DNA of 64,000 nt. Origin: Candidatus Bathyarchaeota archaeon (GTDB lineage Archaea; Thermoproteota; Bathyarchaeia; Bathyarchaeales; DTEX01). The stretch is from NCBI GenBank assembly GCA_963714275.1, contig CAVQNT010000001.1:98098-162097 (forward strand), given 5' to 3'. Below the pieces are notes generated by a model. That model was not told the DNA's origin and searched no databases. It saw only the letters and a list, made by a program, of their open reading frames with translations. This document shows, piece by piece, positions 22,743 through 33,243 of the stretch (within the stretch, counting starts at the first letter, position 1; every line of letters starts with the position of its first letter). A program made the position numbers and the translations under genes.

Positions 22743-23571
22743 ATGAAAATCGCCATATGCAACGAGCTCTTCAAAGGATGGTTATTGAAGGACATTTATG
22801 AGTACGTTTCAAGGCTAGGTTACGAAGGAGTTGAGATAGCTCCTTTTACAATATCAAACGACGTAAGGATGATAGTGCATAAAGAACGAAAAGAAATCAG
22901 TGATCTAGCTTCATCTTACAATCTTGAGATTGTTGGAATTCATTCGCTTTTGGTAGCTCCGAAAGGGCTACATCTGACTCATCCTGATGAAAGCATTAGG
23001 CAACTGACAAATCAGTATCTCTGTGAACTTGTGAAGTTTACAAGTGAGATAGGCGGAAAATTTTTGGTTCTGGGATCCCCGAACCAGAGAAATGTTCTTA
23101 ACGGATTGTCTTATCAGAATGCTTGGGAATATGCTAGGCAAATCCTATATGAGTGCTCTCGATTTGCAGAAAAATATGACGTTATAATTGCACTAGAGCC
23201 ACTAACTAGACAATTTACTAACTTTATAAATACCGCGGAGGAAGCTATAAAACTCATAAGGGAAGTTTCGCACCCAAATCTTATGCTTAACCTGGACATC
23301 TTTAGCATGTTGGATGAAGGGAAACCTATACCGGATATAATAAGGGAAAGTAAGGAGTACCTTATTAATTTCCATGCAAACGATGACAATGGTCTGGGGC
23401 CTGGTTTTGGAAAGATAGATTATGGTCCAATTATTGAGGCACTGAAGGAGATAAAATATGATGGTTTTCTGTCAGTCGAAGTATTTGACGTTTCTCCAGG
23501 TCCAGAGAAAATAGTCATTGCTAGGCTTGAAAAACCTCAAAGAATTATTGCAAAAAACTACAATAGCCTAG
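22743..23571 (+). CDS. Sugar phosphate isomerase/epimerase (xylose-isomerase-like TIM barrel, ketose 3-epimerase type)
   Basis: GYEGVEIAP, ALEPL, LDIFSM, FHAND, GPGFG, SVEVF; shift at 23523 hides the true stop at 23569-23571. Confidence 0.88.
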
Positions 23572-23697
23572 TTTTCTTTGTTTCCTATCCAATTAGTTGG
23601 CTAAACGAAAATGACAAATATAACCTAGCAATAGCATGGAATTACATTTGACTTCGTGTCGATGGCATAAGAACTAAGACTGGATTGTGATTTATTT

Positions 23698-24513
23698 ATG
23701 AAACTTGCCTTTACAACTTTAGGATGCCCCAAATGGACGTTGGAGCAAATCGTTAAGAATGCTGCCCAAATGGGATTTGATGGTGTAGACTTCCGTGGCT
23801 TGTTGGAAGACGTTGACATTAGTAGGCGACCAGAATTTACAACTAGCATCAACAAGACCAAAAAAATGTTCGCTGACTACGGGGTTACTATTTCAGGCAT
23901 ATTAATTTCGGCTAGGTTTGCAGTAGTCGATACAGTCGAGAAGAAGAAGCAATTTGATGAGACACAACACAACATGGAACTCGCTGCAAATCTAGGAGCA
24001 AAAATTGTACGCATACTTTGTGGACGGGTACCTACAGGTTATACTGTTGAAACAATCATGCCAATCTTGGTAGAGAATCTAAGACAAATTGGCGACGAAG
24101 CGGAAAAATATGATGTTACTTTGGCTGTGGAAACACATGATGATTGGACAAATTCCGCAGTCTGTGCCCGAGTGATGTCTCAAGTTGGTCATCCATGTGT
24201 AAAAGTTTTGTGGGATTTGGATAATTCATACCGAACTAGCAGAGAACCGCCTGAAACCACTTATGCTAATCTAGCACCATATATAGTAAATATTCACGTT
24301 AAGGACTCGGTTCTAGACGACAAGGGGCAACCAAGATTTGTCTTACTTGGTAAGGGCGATGTACCCTTGAAAAGGATGCTCGATATGTTGACTCAAGGTG
24401 GCTATAATGGTTATGCTACTTTAGAATGGGAGAAAAGGTGGCATCCTGAGATCCTCGAACCAGAGGTTGTATTCCCTCAATATATCCAGAAAATGCACGA
24501 ATGGCTAGAATAA
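23698..24513 (+). CDS. Sugar phosphate isomerase/epimerase (AP_endonuc_2 TIM barrel)
   Basis: FTTLGCPKW, GFDGVDFRG, VETHDD, LWD, IHVKD, LEWEKRWHP. Confidence 0.9.
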   Translation: MKLAFTTLGCPKWTLEQIVKNAAQMGFDGVDFRGLLEDVDISRRPEFTTSINKTKKMFADYGVTISGILISARFAVVDTVEKKKQFDETQHNMELAANLGAKIVRILCGRVPTGYTVETIMPILVENLRQIGDEAEKYDVTLAVETHDDWTNSAVCARVMSQVGHPCVKVLWDLDNSYRTSREPPETTYANLAPYIVNIHVKDSVLDDKGQPRFVLLGKGDVPLKRMLDMLTQGGYNGYATLEWEKRWHPEILEPEVVFPQYIQKMHEWLE

Positions 24514-24635
24514 CTTTCTAAAAATCCAAGAACCTTGAGAAGGGGCAAGTAACATCATCCCTAAAAATTTTACCTCATATAAAGAAATCGAATTGAAAGG
24601 AAAAATTTATTATCCCAACTAAAGAAGAATCTTCT

Positions 24636-25908
24636 ATGAAGACTGAGAGAAAACTTTTTCTTGACCTCAAAGAATTTGTCGAATCAATCGCAATTGTGGA
24701 CATCCATGCTCACATAGACTGGAACCACCCGCATGCCAGATCTCCCCAAGGCATCCTCTTTTACCATTACATAGCTACAGAGCTTCGATTCAGCAGGCAT
24801 GCCCTTTAAATATATATCTCCAACCCTTCCCGTGGAGGAGTCTGTAAAAAAAGCTCTACCTTACTTTCAATTGATAAAAAACACATCATCCCATTGGTGC
24901 CTTATGAGAATTTTGAAAGAACTTTACAAGTTTGACGATGACGAAATAAACAAAGAGAACTGGAAGGCCCTTATAGAGACTATAAACGAAGGAACAGGGC
25001 AAACTGACAGATACAAATGGATATTGACTGAAAAAGCTAAAATCAAAAAGACTTTCCTAACCCTAAGATACGACGAAAAACTACCTCAATATGACCCTAA
25101 CCTCTTTGTAGGAGCATTAAGACTTGATCCACTCATCAGCCAACTAAATATCGATAACGTCTTGAACCTCGGAAAAGCAATGAGCACATCGATAAACTCA
25201 CTTGAAGATTTCGTGGACTCGCTTTGTAAACTCTTTAAAAAAGTTCCCTGCCTCGCAGCCACGGCAAGCTTCCAGCCAGAAGAAACCTTCACAAAACCAG
25301 GTAAACTTGAAGCAGAGAAACCATTTAAAAAGATATTAAGCAAAACCAACTTAAATTTGAAGGAAAGGCAAATAATTTCATCTTATGTGCTTCATCAGGT
25401 GCTTGGTCTGACTGAAGAGTCAAAGCTCGTATTCCAGATTATGCTTGGTGCAAAAAGACCAGTGCCAGGCGCTGCTCCTCCAGACTATGCTATAACTGGA
25501 TATGAGACGACGACAGTTTCCTCTCTTTGTCCTATCTTCCACGAATTCAAAGATCTGAAATTCGACATTTTCACAGCGAACCCTCTTCTGTCACATGAAA
25601 TTGCTGTTATCTCAAAAAATTATTCCAATGTTCATGTATCGGGATATTGGTGGTACGTTTTCTACCCCACCTTCATAAAGCAGCTCCTTCGTGAAAGACT
25701 TCAGATGTTACCCCGCAATAAGTCAAATGGCTTCTTCAGCGATGCCTTCGTGGTTGAATGGAGTGACGCAAAATCTAAGATGGTGAGATTACAAATAACA
25801 GCTGTCCTAACCGAGATGGTCAATGAAGGATATATAACTGAAGAGTTGGCGAAGGAATTTACTGTAGACCTTTTATTGCGGAATCCTGAGGTCCTCTATA
25901 AATTGTAA
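24636..25908 (+). CDS. Uronate (glucuronate) isomerase-like amidohydrolase-fold enzyme (frameshift near 24790)
   Basis: IVDIHAH, ILFYHY..TEL.SAG, FQIMLG, GYWWY, FFSDA. Confidence 0.75.
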
Positions 25909-26044
25909 TGAGTATAGACATTATTGAGAGTGAAGATTAGGTCGTCATTGTATAAACTTGATTTTAATTCTTAATAGAAGGTTAAAAAAAGTTTGACCTT
26001 GCCTAAAATCAATTTTTATTCTAACCTTTTGGGTAAAGTATCCA

Positions 26045-27095
26045 TTATGATACTTTTTCCCTTCGAGTTCTAATGATATCCAATAAGAAATCCCATCCTT
26101 CAATAAACATACTGCGGAACAGATCCACTGGACCGAAATTTTTGAACTCTTCAACAGTAATCCCATCTTCTAAATATGCTTTACGAAAATCGGGAATCTT
26201 TTCTAATAGTTCATCAACAACATGCCTAGGTACAGGAGTGTCTATTCGAAAAACCACAGGAGGATCGGATATAATCAGTTTGTCAGCTGTTCCTTCCCAA
26301 TTAATAGTAATATGCATATCGGCACCAACATATTCAGTGAAATGATGAAGCCCACGTGCCCCCCCTCCTAGCATAACACCGGGATACCTGCGTTCTTTGA
26401 AGATCCTATACTGCTTTTGGGCAACAATAAATCCAGCTTGCCAAAGTACATCAGGAGATATATCAATGTTATCACGTTTAATGACGTTTCTCAAATATTC
26501 ATCAAAAATACCTGTTATATGCGTTAAGTAAAAAGGCGGATGCTTCCCACTTTCCTTTGAAACGCGTTGGTAGAGTTCACAAGTATAGACTGCCTGTGAG
26601 ATTGCCATAACCTCAGTTGCTATAATCGGAACATCTTTAACAATAAGAGATTCAATAGTCTTCTAAGCCCTCTTTAGTTACCGGAATCTTTGCTATAGCA
26701 TTTTTTCCTAGTTTGCAATATCGTAATGACTCTGTAACAATACGGTTAGGATCGCCGTCGCCATATGGAGACCCCTGTATGGAAACAAATCCTTGCTTGC
26801 CTGGGTTCTTTTTATATAAAGGAAGAAATTTATCCATTATTCGTTTAACAAGACTTTTCTTGGATGAGATCTGCAACTTCATCATCATCTTCGACTCTTT
26901 TGATTACTTCATCCACAACCCTCAAAACATAATCATGCTCTGTCTTAGGCACGATTTTACTTACATATGTTGGGTTAGTCGTGCAACTAATTGCACCTGC
27001 AGCTGATAGCTTTTATTTGTCTCTTTTAAAGTTGGATTATTAACCCAAAACCTAGTGGGTGTCTGCTCGGTGACACGGTGAAAATATCCTTCCAT
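26045..27095 (-). CDS. Transaldolase-family protein, atypical (several frameshifts)
   Basis: MEGYFHRVTEQTPTRFWVNNPT, CTTNPT, GFVSIQG, AIAKIPVTKEGL Schiff-base Lys, GGGARG. Confidence 0.8.
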
Positions 27096-27130
27096 TCATA
27101 ACATCCTCCTAATTAGAATAATATTAGCAA

Positions 27131-27901
27131 TTATAATCTCTTTGAATCAGTTATTTGATAAACTCCCATTCCTGCACAACGTATGACTTGTCCACAAATC
27201 ATTCTGGAATCGTCGGAAGCCAAGAAAACAGCTGCATTAGCAGCATCTCGCGGTGTTGCCCATGTCGCAAGTTCTTCTTTGGTTGGTTCTCTGCCGATTC
27301 TGCTGGAGAAGGATAATTGTCCCATCTCTGTTGGCGTGGTAGGAGGTCTAAGGACATTGACTCTGATGTTTAGGGATTTAAAATCAGCAGCCAATGACAT
27401 GGTTAACCCTTCCACTCCCCACTTCGATGTAACGTAGGCACATCTAAGCCCATGTGATCCTCCGTAACCAGCGCCTCCTGAAGAGAATGTTATGATGTTG
27501 CCTGATTTTTTCGAGACCATGTGTGGGAGAACGGCTTTGGAGCATAGGAATGTTCCTCTCAAGTTAACATTTAAGGTTCGATCCCAGTCCTTGACACTGA
27601 TGTCTACAACGCTGCCGTAGGTCCACACGCCGGCACAGGTAACGAGAATGTCAATGGAGCCTAACTCATCCAAGGTTAGCTGAGCCATAGCATTCACTTG
27701 TGCCTCATCAGAGACATCAACTTCCATGCTTAACGCCCTACGACCGTAGCCACGAACCTCCTCAGCCACTTGCTCCGCGGCTGCTTTATCTTTATCAGCC
27801 ACCGCTACGTCAGCGCCTTCTTCAGCAAAAGCTAAGGCTACGCCTTTTCCAATACCTTTTCCGCCACCAGTTATAATAGCCACTTTGCCCTTCAAACGCA
27901 T
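27131..27901 (-). CDS. Short-chain dehydrogenase/reductase, copy 1
   Basis: TGGGKGIG, CAG, VNLRG, SS, YVTSK. Confidence 0.93.
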   Translation of the reverse strand: MRLKGKVAIITGGGKGIGKGVALAFAEEGADVAVADKDKAAAEQVAEEVRGYGRRALSMEVDVSDEAQVNAMAQLTLDELGSIDILVTCAGVWTYGSVVDISVKDWDRTLNVNLRGTFLCSKAVLPHMVSKKSGNIITFSSGGAGYGGSHGLRCAYVTSKWGVEGLTMSLAADFKSLNIRVNVLRPPTTPTEMGQLSFSSRIGREPTKEELATWATPRDAANAAVFLASDDSRMICGQVIRCAGMGVYQITDSKRL

Positions 27902-27988
27902 ACAACAAACCATCCAAAACTTTTTAGTAAAAACACAGAACTATTAGTACGCACATATATAAAATTATAATCCTTTATGCAAACGTCG
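27197..27988. repeat. 792-bp direct repeat, copy 1 (SDR body plus promoter)
   Basis: Matches 29380-30171 (offset 2183); two mismatches seen by eye. Confidence 0.95.
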
Positions 27989-28075
27989 AAGTTTATATTT
28001 CCTTTTTTATTCTACTCGGTAAAAATGAAAAAACTTAATAATTGAACATAAAGATTATGCTAATTGTGTTTAAAA

Positions 28076-29182
28076 ATGTCTGGTAATAAGCGTCTCAAAT
28101 TTCATCATGTACTCATTGACGACCACACAATAGAAACTGGAATGACTTTATGTTTAATAGCCGACATTAATAGAGATGGCTTCAACGACGTGATAATCGG
28201 CAACAGTTTAAATCCCCCCGAAGAGGCTCACTTAGTCTGGTATGAGTATCCGCACTGGAAAAGGCACATAATTGCAAGGGAAAATCTTGGAGCGGGGGGT
28301 GTTGTTGCTGACATTAATGGTGATGGACGTCCAGATATTGTAATAGGACAATGGGATAGAATCAATGATAATGAGCTTTACTGGTTTGAGAATCCTTCTG
28401 ACCCAACTAAGATGTGGACAAGGCATATTTTAGAGAACAGCCTGAAGGGATATCATGACCAAGTGGTGGGAGATGTTGATGGCGATGGCGAAGATGAGCT
28501 GTTAGTGCCCTCGCAGCAAGCAAAAGTGCTGGTCTATTATGATGTTCCTCCTGATCCGACGGTTTCTCCTTGGCCAAGCAAATATCGTCATCTCATCTGC
28601 GACAATATTGTCATAGAAGGCCTTGCGATTGTTGATCTTGACGGAGACGGAGTAAACGAAGTTGTGGCTGGCCCAAACATCTTCAAGCCGCCAAAAACGC
28701 CAAAAGGAAAATGGTCACGAAAAATCTTGAAAGAGTTTCATGCGAGGGTATGGGAAGGGATAGTATTCTCTAGAACTCGGATTCAGGTGGCTGACATGAA
28801 TGAAGACGGAGTTCTCGACTTGGTGATGAGCGAATGCGAAAGCGACAACGGCAGGTTAGTGTGGTTTGAAGGGTCGGACTGGAAGATGCACATGATCAAA
28901 GACGACCTCTTTCATCCTCACAGCCTAGGTGTGGCAGACTTTGACAAGGATGGACACATGGACATTTATGTGGGAGAAAAAATGCAGAACAACCCCAATG
29001 TTCCTCGCCAGATAATCTACCTTAACGACGGAAAGGGAGACTTCACAGAGCACATCATAGACCTAGGAACCGGAACTCACGAGGCAAAAGTTGCAGACAT
29101 TGGAAACACGGGGAAAATGAGTATAGTCGGCAAAACCAGGGTAAGGCCTCAAGTAGACCTCTGGCAAAACATAACCCCCTAA
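28076..29182 (+). CDS. FG-GAP/VCBS-repeat beta-propeller protein, copy A, no signal peptide
   Basis: Seven D[IVLFM][ND].DG-type repeats. Confidence 0.9.
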   Translation: MSGNKRLKFHHVLIDDHTIETGMTLCLIADINRDGFNDVIIGNSLNPPEEAHLVWYEYPHWKRHIIARENLGAGGVVADINGDGRPDIVIGQWDRINDNELYWFENPSDPTKMWTRHILENSLKGYHDQVVGDVDGDGEDELLVPSQQAKVLVYYDVPPDPTVSPWPSKYRHLICDNIVIEGLAIVDLDGDGVNEVVAGPNIFKPPKTPKGKWSRKILKEFHARVWEGIVFSRTRIQVADMNEDGVLDLVMSECESDNGRLVWFEGSDWKMHMIKDDLFHPHSLGVADFDKDGHMDIYVGEKMQNNPNVPRQIIYLNDGKGDFTEHIIDLGTGTHEAKVADIGNTGKMSIVGKTRVRPQVDLWQNITP

Positions 29183-29216
29183 ACATTAAGCACCAAAAAA
29201 TTCCACCCCAACAAGT
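28465..29216. repeat. 752-bp inverted repeat, copy 1 (FG-GAP 3' two-thirds plus 3' flank)
   Basis: Reverse complement of 44170-44921; no mismatch seen by eye. Confidence 0.95.
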
Positions 29217-29301
29217 GAAGCGGAGGAGACAACACCTTAAACACATTATTGCTTTAAGGGAGGAGATAGCCAGATCTTCAATTTAATACAAATTAATTGA
29301 T

Positions 29302-30084
29302 TTATCTTTTTTTAGACGTGCTTTCAGAGGAATCTATATGATAGACTTCGCATCCATAACAATTTAGCATTTGTCCGGTAATCATTCTGGAATCGTCGGA
29401 AGCCAAGAAAACAACTGCATTAGCAGCATCTCGCGGTGTTGCCCATGTCGCAAGTTCTTCTTTGGTTGGTTCTCTGCCGATTCTGCTGGAGAAGGATAAT
29501 TGTCCCATCTCTGTTGGCGTGGTAGGAGGTCTAAGGACATTGACTCTGATGTTTAGGGATTTAAAATCAGCAGCCAATGACATGGTTAACCCTTCCACTC
29601 CCCACTTCGATGTAACGTAGGCACATCTAAGCCCATGTGATCCTCCGTAACCAGCGCCTCCTGAAGAGAATGTTATGATGTTGCCTGATTTTTTCGAGAC
29701 CATGTGTGGGAGAACGGCTTTGGAGCATAGGAATGTTCCTCTCAAGTTAACATTTAAGGTTCGATCCCAGTCCTTGACACTGATGTCTACAACGCTGCCG
29801 TAGGTCCACACGCCGGCACAGGTAACGAGAATGTCAATGGAGCCTAACTCATCCAAGGTTAACTGAGCCATAGCATTCACTTGTGCCTCATCAGAGACAT
29901 CAACTTCCATGCTTAACGCCCTACGACCGTAGCCACGAACCTCCTCAGCCACTTGCTCCGCGGCTGCTTTATCTTTATCAGCCACCGCTACGTCAGCGCC
30001 TTCTTCAGCAAAAGCTAAGGCTACGCCTTTTCCAATACCTTTTCCGCCACCAGTTATAATAGCCACTTTGCCCTTCAAACGCAT
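29302..30084 (-). CDS. Short-chain dehydrogenase/reductase, copy 2 (different C-terminal tail)
   Basis: Identical to copy 1 up to DDSRMI except one A/V change; tail TGQMLNCYGCEVYHIDSSESTSKKR. Confidence 0.93.
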   Translation of the reverse strand: MRLKGKVAIITGGGKGIGKGVALAFAEEGADVAVADKDKAAAEQVAEEVRGYGRRALSMEVDVSDEAQVNAMAQLTLDELGSIDILVTCAGVWTYGSVVDISVKDWDRTLNVNLRGTFLCSKAVLPHMVSKKSGNIITFSSGGAGYGGSHGLRCAYVTSKWGVEGLTMSLAADFKSLNIRVNVLRPPTTPTEMGQLSFSSRIGREPTKEELATWATPRDAANAVVFLASDDSRMITGQMLNCYGCEVYHIDSSESTSKKR

Positions 30085-30171
30085 ACAACAAACCATCCAA
30101 AACTTTTTAGTAAAAACACAGAACTATTAGTACGCACATATATAAAATTATAATCCTTTATGCAAACGTCG
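29380..30171. repeat. 792-bp direct repeat, copy 2
   Basis: Matches 27197-27988. Confidence 0.95.
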
Positions 30172-30395
30172 CTAAGTTAGCTAGCCAGCTGAGCTTTTTT
30201 CTCCTTTGATTGTCACGCACGAAATCATAATTATTATTTAGCTTATTTTCACTAACTTGATTTTTTTTATCATCAATCGATATTTTACAAGAATAGCGCG
30301 CGCTATAATTCTAAGATTAAGTCAGTTGTTAGATAATATCTATGACTACAAGGTAACTGTAGGCATCATCTTTGATAAATTGTAAAAATTAGGTT

Positions 30396-31169
30396 TCAGT
30401 AAAAGCCCATTGCTTGCAGATTATGGTAACTAATTGCCAGCGACTCAAATGGGTCTCGTCCATAACACTCGTCCTGTTCAACAATGTACCATTCTACGCC
30501 ACTTTCTTTCGCTGCCTGTATGATTGCTGGCCAATTCATGTTACCTTCACCGATCTCGGCAAAACGTTGCTGTCTACCTGAACCTACTGTCATGTCCTTT
30601 AAATGCAATAAAGGTTCTCGTCCCGCACATTTTTTTATCCAAGCCATTGGATCGCCACCTCCAGCCTGTATCCAGTAAACATCAATTTCAGCTTTGAGCA
30701 TTTCAGGAGATGCTTGCTCGTAAAGCATCTCTAGCCAAGTTTTTTTGCCGTGTCGAATCAACTCGTGGTTGTGATTGTGGTAAGAGAAATCGATGCCTTC
30801 CTTTGCCAGTCTCTCAGAGACAGGACCTAGTTCATTCAAGAACTGCTTTAGACCTTTTGAACTGCAGTATTTAGGATCAAAAAGTCCGCCTATGGCTGCG
30901 TGAGAACATCCCCATATTTTATATTCCGTAATTACCTCGTCAAGTTTATTTAAGAAATGATCCCAATCTGTATGAGTACCCACTACTAATAAGCCATTAT
31001 CTTCAACCATTTTGGCTACTTTTTTTAGATCCACGGGACCTAAGGCACTGATTTGAATTGCTTTATAACCAATATCAGCTATCTTCCTCAAAGTTTCAGC
31101 TATATCAGGAATAGTCTGAATAAATTTCCTGACAGTATACAACTGCGCCCCCAACATACTTTCCTTCAT
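30396..31169 (-). CDS. Sugar phosphate isomerase/epimerase (AP_endonuc_2 TIM barrel)
   Basis: GAQLYTVR, SYHNHNHE, EIDVYW, HLKDM, EIGEG, IVEQD. Confidence 0.92.
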   Translation of the reverse strand: MKESMLGAQLYTVRKFIQTIPDIAETLRKIADIGYKAIQISALGPVDLKKVAKMVEDNGLLVVGTHTDWDHFLNKLDEVITEYKIWGCSHAAIGGLFDPKYCSSKGLKQFLNELGPVSERLAKEGIDFSYHNHNHELIRHGKKTWLEMLYEQASPEMLKAEIDVYWIQAGGGDPMAWIKKCAGREPLLHLKDMTVGSGRQQRFAEIGEGNMNWPAIIQAAKESGVEWYIVEQDECYGRDPFESLAISYHNLQAMGFY

Positions 31170-31427
31170 CTTTTACACCTATGATTCAAACTAATCTTTT
31201 TGTCATTAATAACCAATGTTCGAATATAAAAACTATTTCAACTTGTTATAGAGAAAACCTTTTTTTAGAATGAATATTTCATACCGTGATATTTTTCACG
31301 AATAATAATTTTTTAGCTCTATTATCTCGTTATTAAAGAATGGGACTGTGTATTGTATTTAGGCGTTTAAATGGTGTGTATAGAAGAGTCTTATATGCAG
31401 GTCGATCGATAACCTTCATTTTGGCAT

Positions 31428-31602
31428 CTATTTTCTAACGAAGTATATATTTTTTCCTGTTACAGAGAGCGGAATACCGATTATTACATTAGCATCCAGA
31501 AGCTCCAGATCCTTTGCTGCCACATCTAACGTGTACAAAAGTCTGTTATCAATATTCATTATGCTTGCTGTTTTTATTGCAGATTCCAGGGCTATTCCTA
31601 GT
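31428..31602 (-). pseudogene. C-terminal fragment of a DUF2148 (ferredoxin-domain) protein
   Basis: LGIALESAIKTASIMNIDNRLLYT...GIPLSVTGKNIYF. Confidence 0.7.
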
Positions 31603-32000
31603 TGACTCTCTGTCTTGTTTGCCTCCAGAAGCTGCAGAGCTATCTCTTGAACGAAGATGTGTATAGTCCTTTTCGGAACGTGAACACCTGTTGCTGTTTT
31701 GAACTCTAGGCTGGCATCCTAGTAGCTCATCTTGGAGGCAAATTCTGCGAGCTTCATTCTTACATCCCTAGAGTACTTCTGGCGTTTAACGTCTAATGTT
31801 TCAAGAATGGGAGAGCCAATCTTATTGTCTGTTCGCTGTATCACCCTTTTTACTTTGAAACTGACGGCTCCCAACCTAGTGACTAGGTTTTTGATGTAAA
31901 ATCCTCCCCCTCTGTAAGGGTGGTTGCGAGAATATTTTAGGACACAAAGCACCAGTATAAGCTTTTACTGGCGTTCTTCTATCAGTCCCACAGTTTTTTT
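31603..32000 (-). mobile_element. Truncated ISH6/UPF0236-like transposase fragment
   Basis: LC..KYSR...Y.GG...LVTRLG.VSFKV...SPIL..L...KYSRD....ASKMSY*DA......VPKRTIH.FVQE; internal stops; no DDE core. Confidence 0.65.
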
Positions 32001-32058
32001 TGGACCGATGGTAGGCTTATTTAAGAACACGGCAAATATAAAACTGGTGATGAATTGG

Positions 32059-33224
32059 ATGCCAAACAGGATTCCAGACTGGGAATTTAATGAAAGGATA
32101 AAAAGAGTCCAGAATGAATTGAGCGCGAGGGGGTTAGACGCACTTGTCGTACACTCCAATGAGGCAGACTTCGCTAACGTGAGGTATCTCTCTGATTACT
32201 GGCCAGCCTTCGAATCTGCCGGAGTGGTTGTACCCAAAAATGGCGAAGCCATACTTCTGATTGGACCTGAAAGTGAAACATACGCAGAGGACAGAAGCAG
32301 AATAAAAAAGATTATGAAGCTTCTGGAGTACCGTGAATCTGCTGAACCAGAGTATCCCGACATCAAAACGAATACGTATAAAGAAGTCTTTGAAGAGGCG
32401 CTGAGAGGCGAGAAGGTTAAGAACTCGGTATAACTGACTATGCCATTACGCCTATACCTGTATATGAAGGATTAAAGAGATCGTTACCAAAGACCGAGAT
32501 CGTAAAAGCTGACGAGATCTTAAAGGACATGAGATCGATAAAGAGCGAGAACGAAATATCTCTTATGAAGGAGAGTTTTAGTATTGCAGATACAGCAATA
32601 GAAAGGATTCTGGAGAAGATACAGCCGAACATGACAGAACTCCAAGTGGTCGGCATAGCCCAAGGAGCGATGTATGAGAACGGAGCGGAGTATGAAGGAC
32701 ATCCATTATACGTCCTTTCGGGGAAGAACTCTACGCACGCCATCTCCAGACCGACACATAAGAGGCTGAAGGAGAAAGAACTGATTCAGTTGAATATAGG
32801 GGCAAGAGTAGGCGGATACTCCTCCAGTGTAGGAAGACCTATATGTTTGGGAAAGATGCCATCCGACATGAAGAAGCTCGTCGAAACGGGCCTTGAGCTC
32901 CACAAAGAGACCGAAGATTTCATCAAGGCGGGAGTCCCAGCTAAAAACATCGTAAAAGGATTCTTTGAATTCGTAAAGAATAAGGGTTGTCTGCATAACA
33001 TTCTCTACGGTCCATGTCACGGCATAGGGCTTATAGAGGTGGAGCCTCCGTGGATGGAGTCCACATCAGAGTATCTTCTGAAGGAGAACATGACCTTCCA
33101 GGTTGACACCTTCCTTTACACAGAATCCTATGGGCTCAGATGGGAAGACGGCATAAGGGTAACCGAAGGTGGCGTGGAAAGATTCAGCTCCAGATGGCAA
33201 GAGATTTTAGAACTAGCCTGCTAA
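32059..33224 (+). CDS. Xaa-Pro peptidase family M24 (frameshift near 32422)
   Basis: Creatinase N-domain (NVRYLSDYWP), RSIKS.NEI, HGIGLIE.E.P, RWED; GGTGA RBS. Confidence 0.88.
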
Positions 33225-33243
33225 CAGGAAGAAGGGGTCGACA

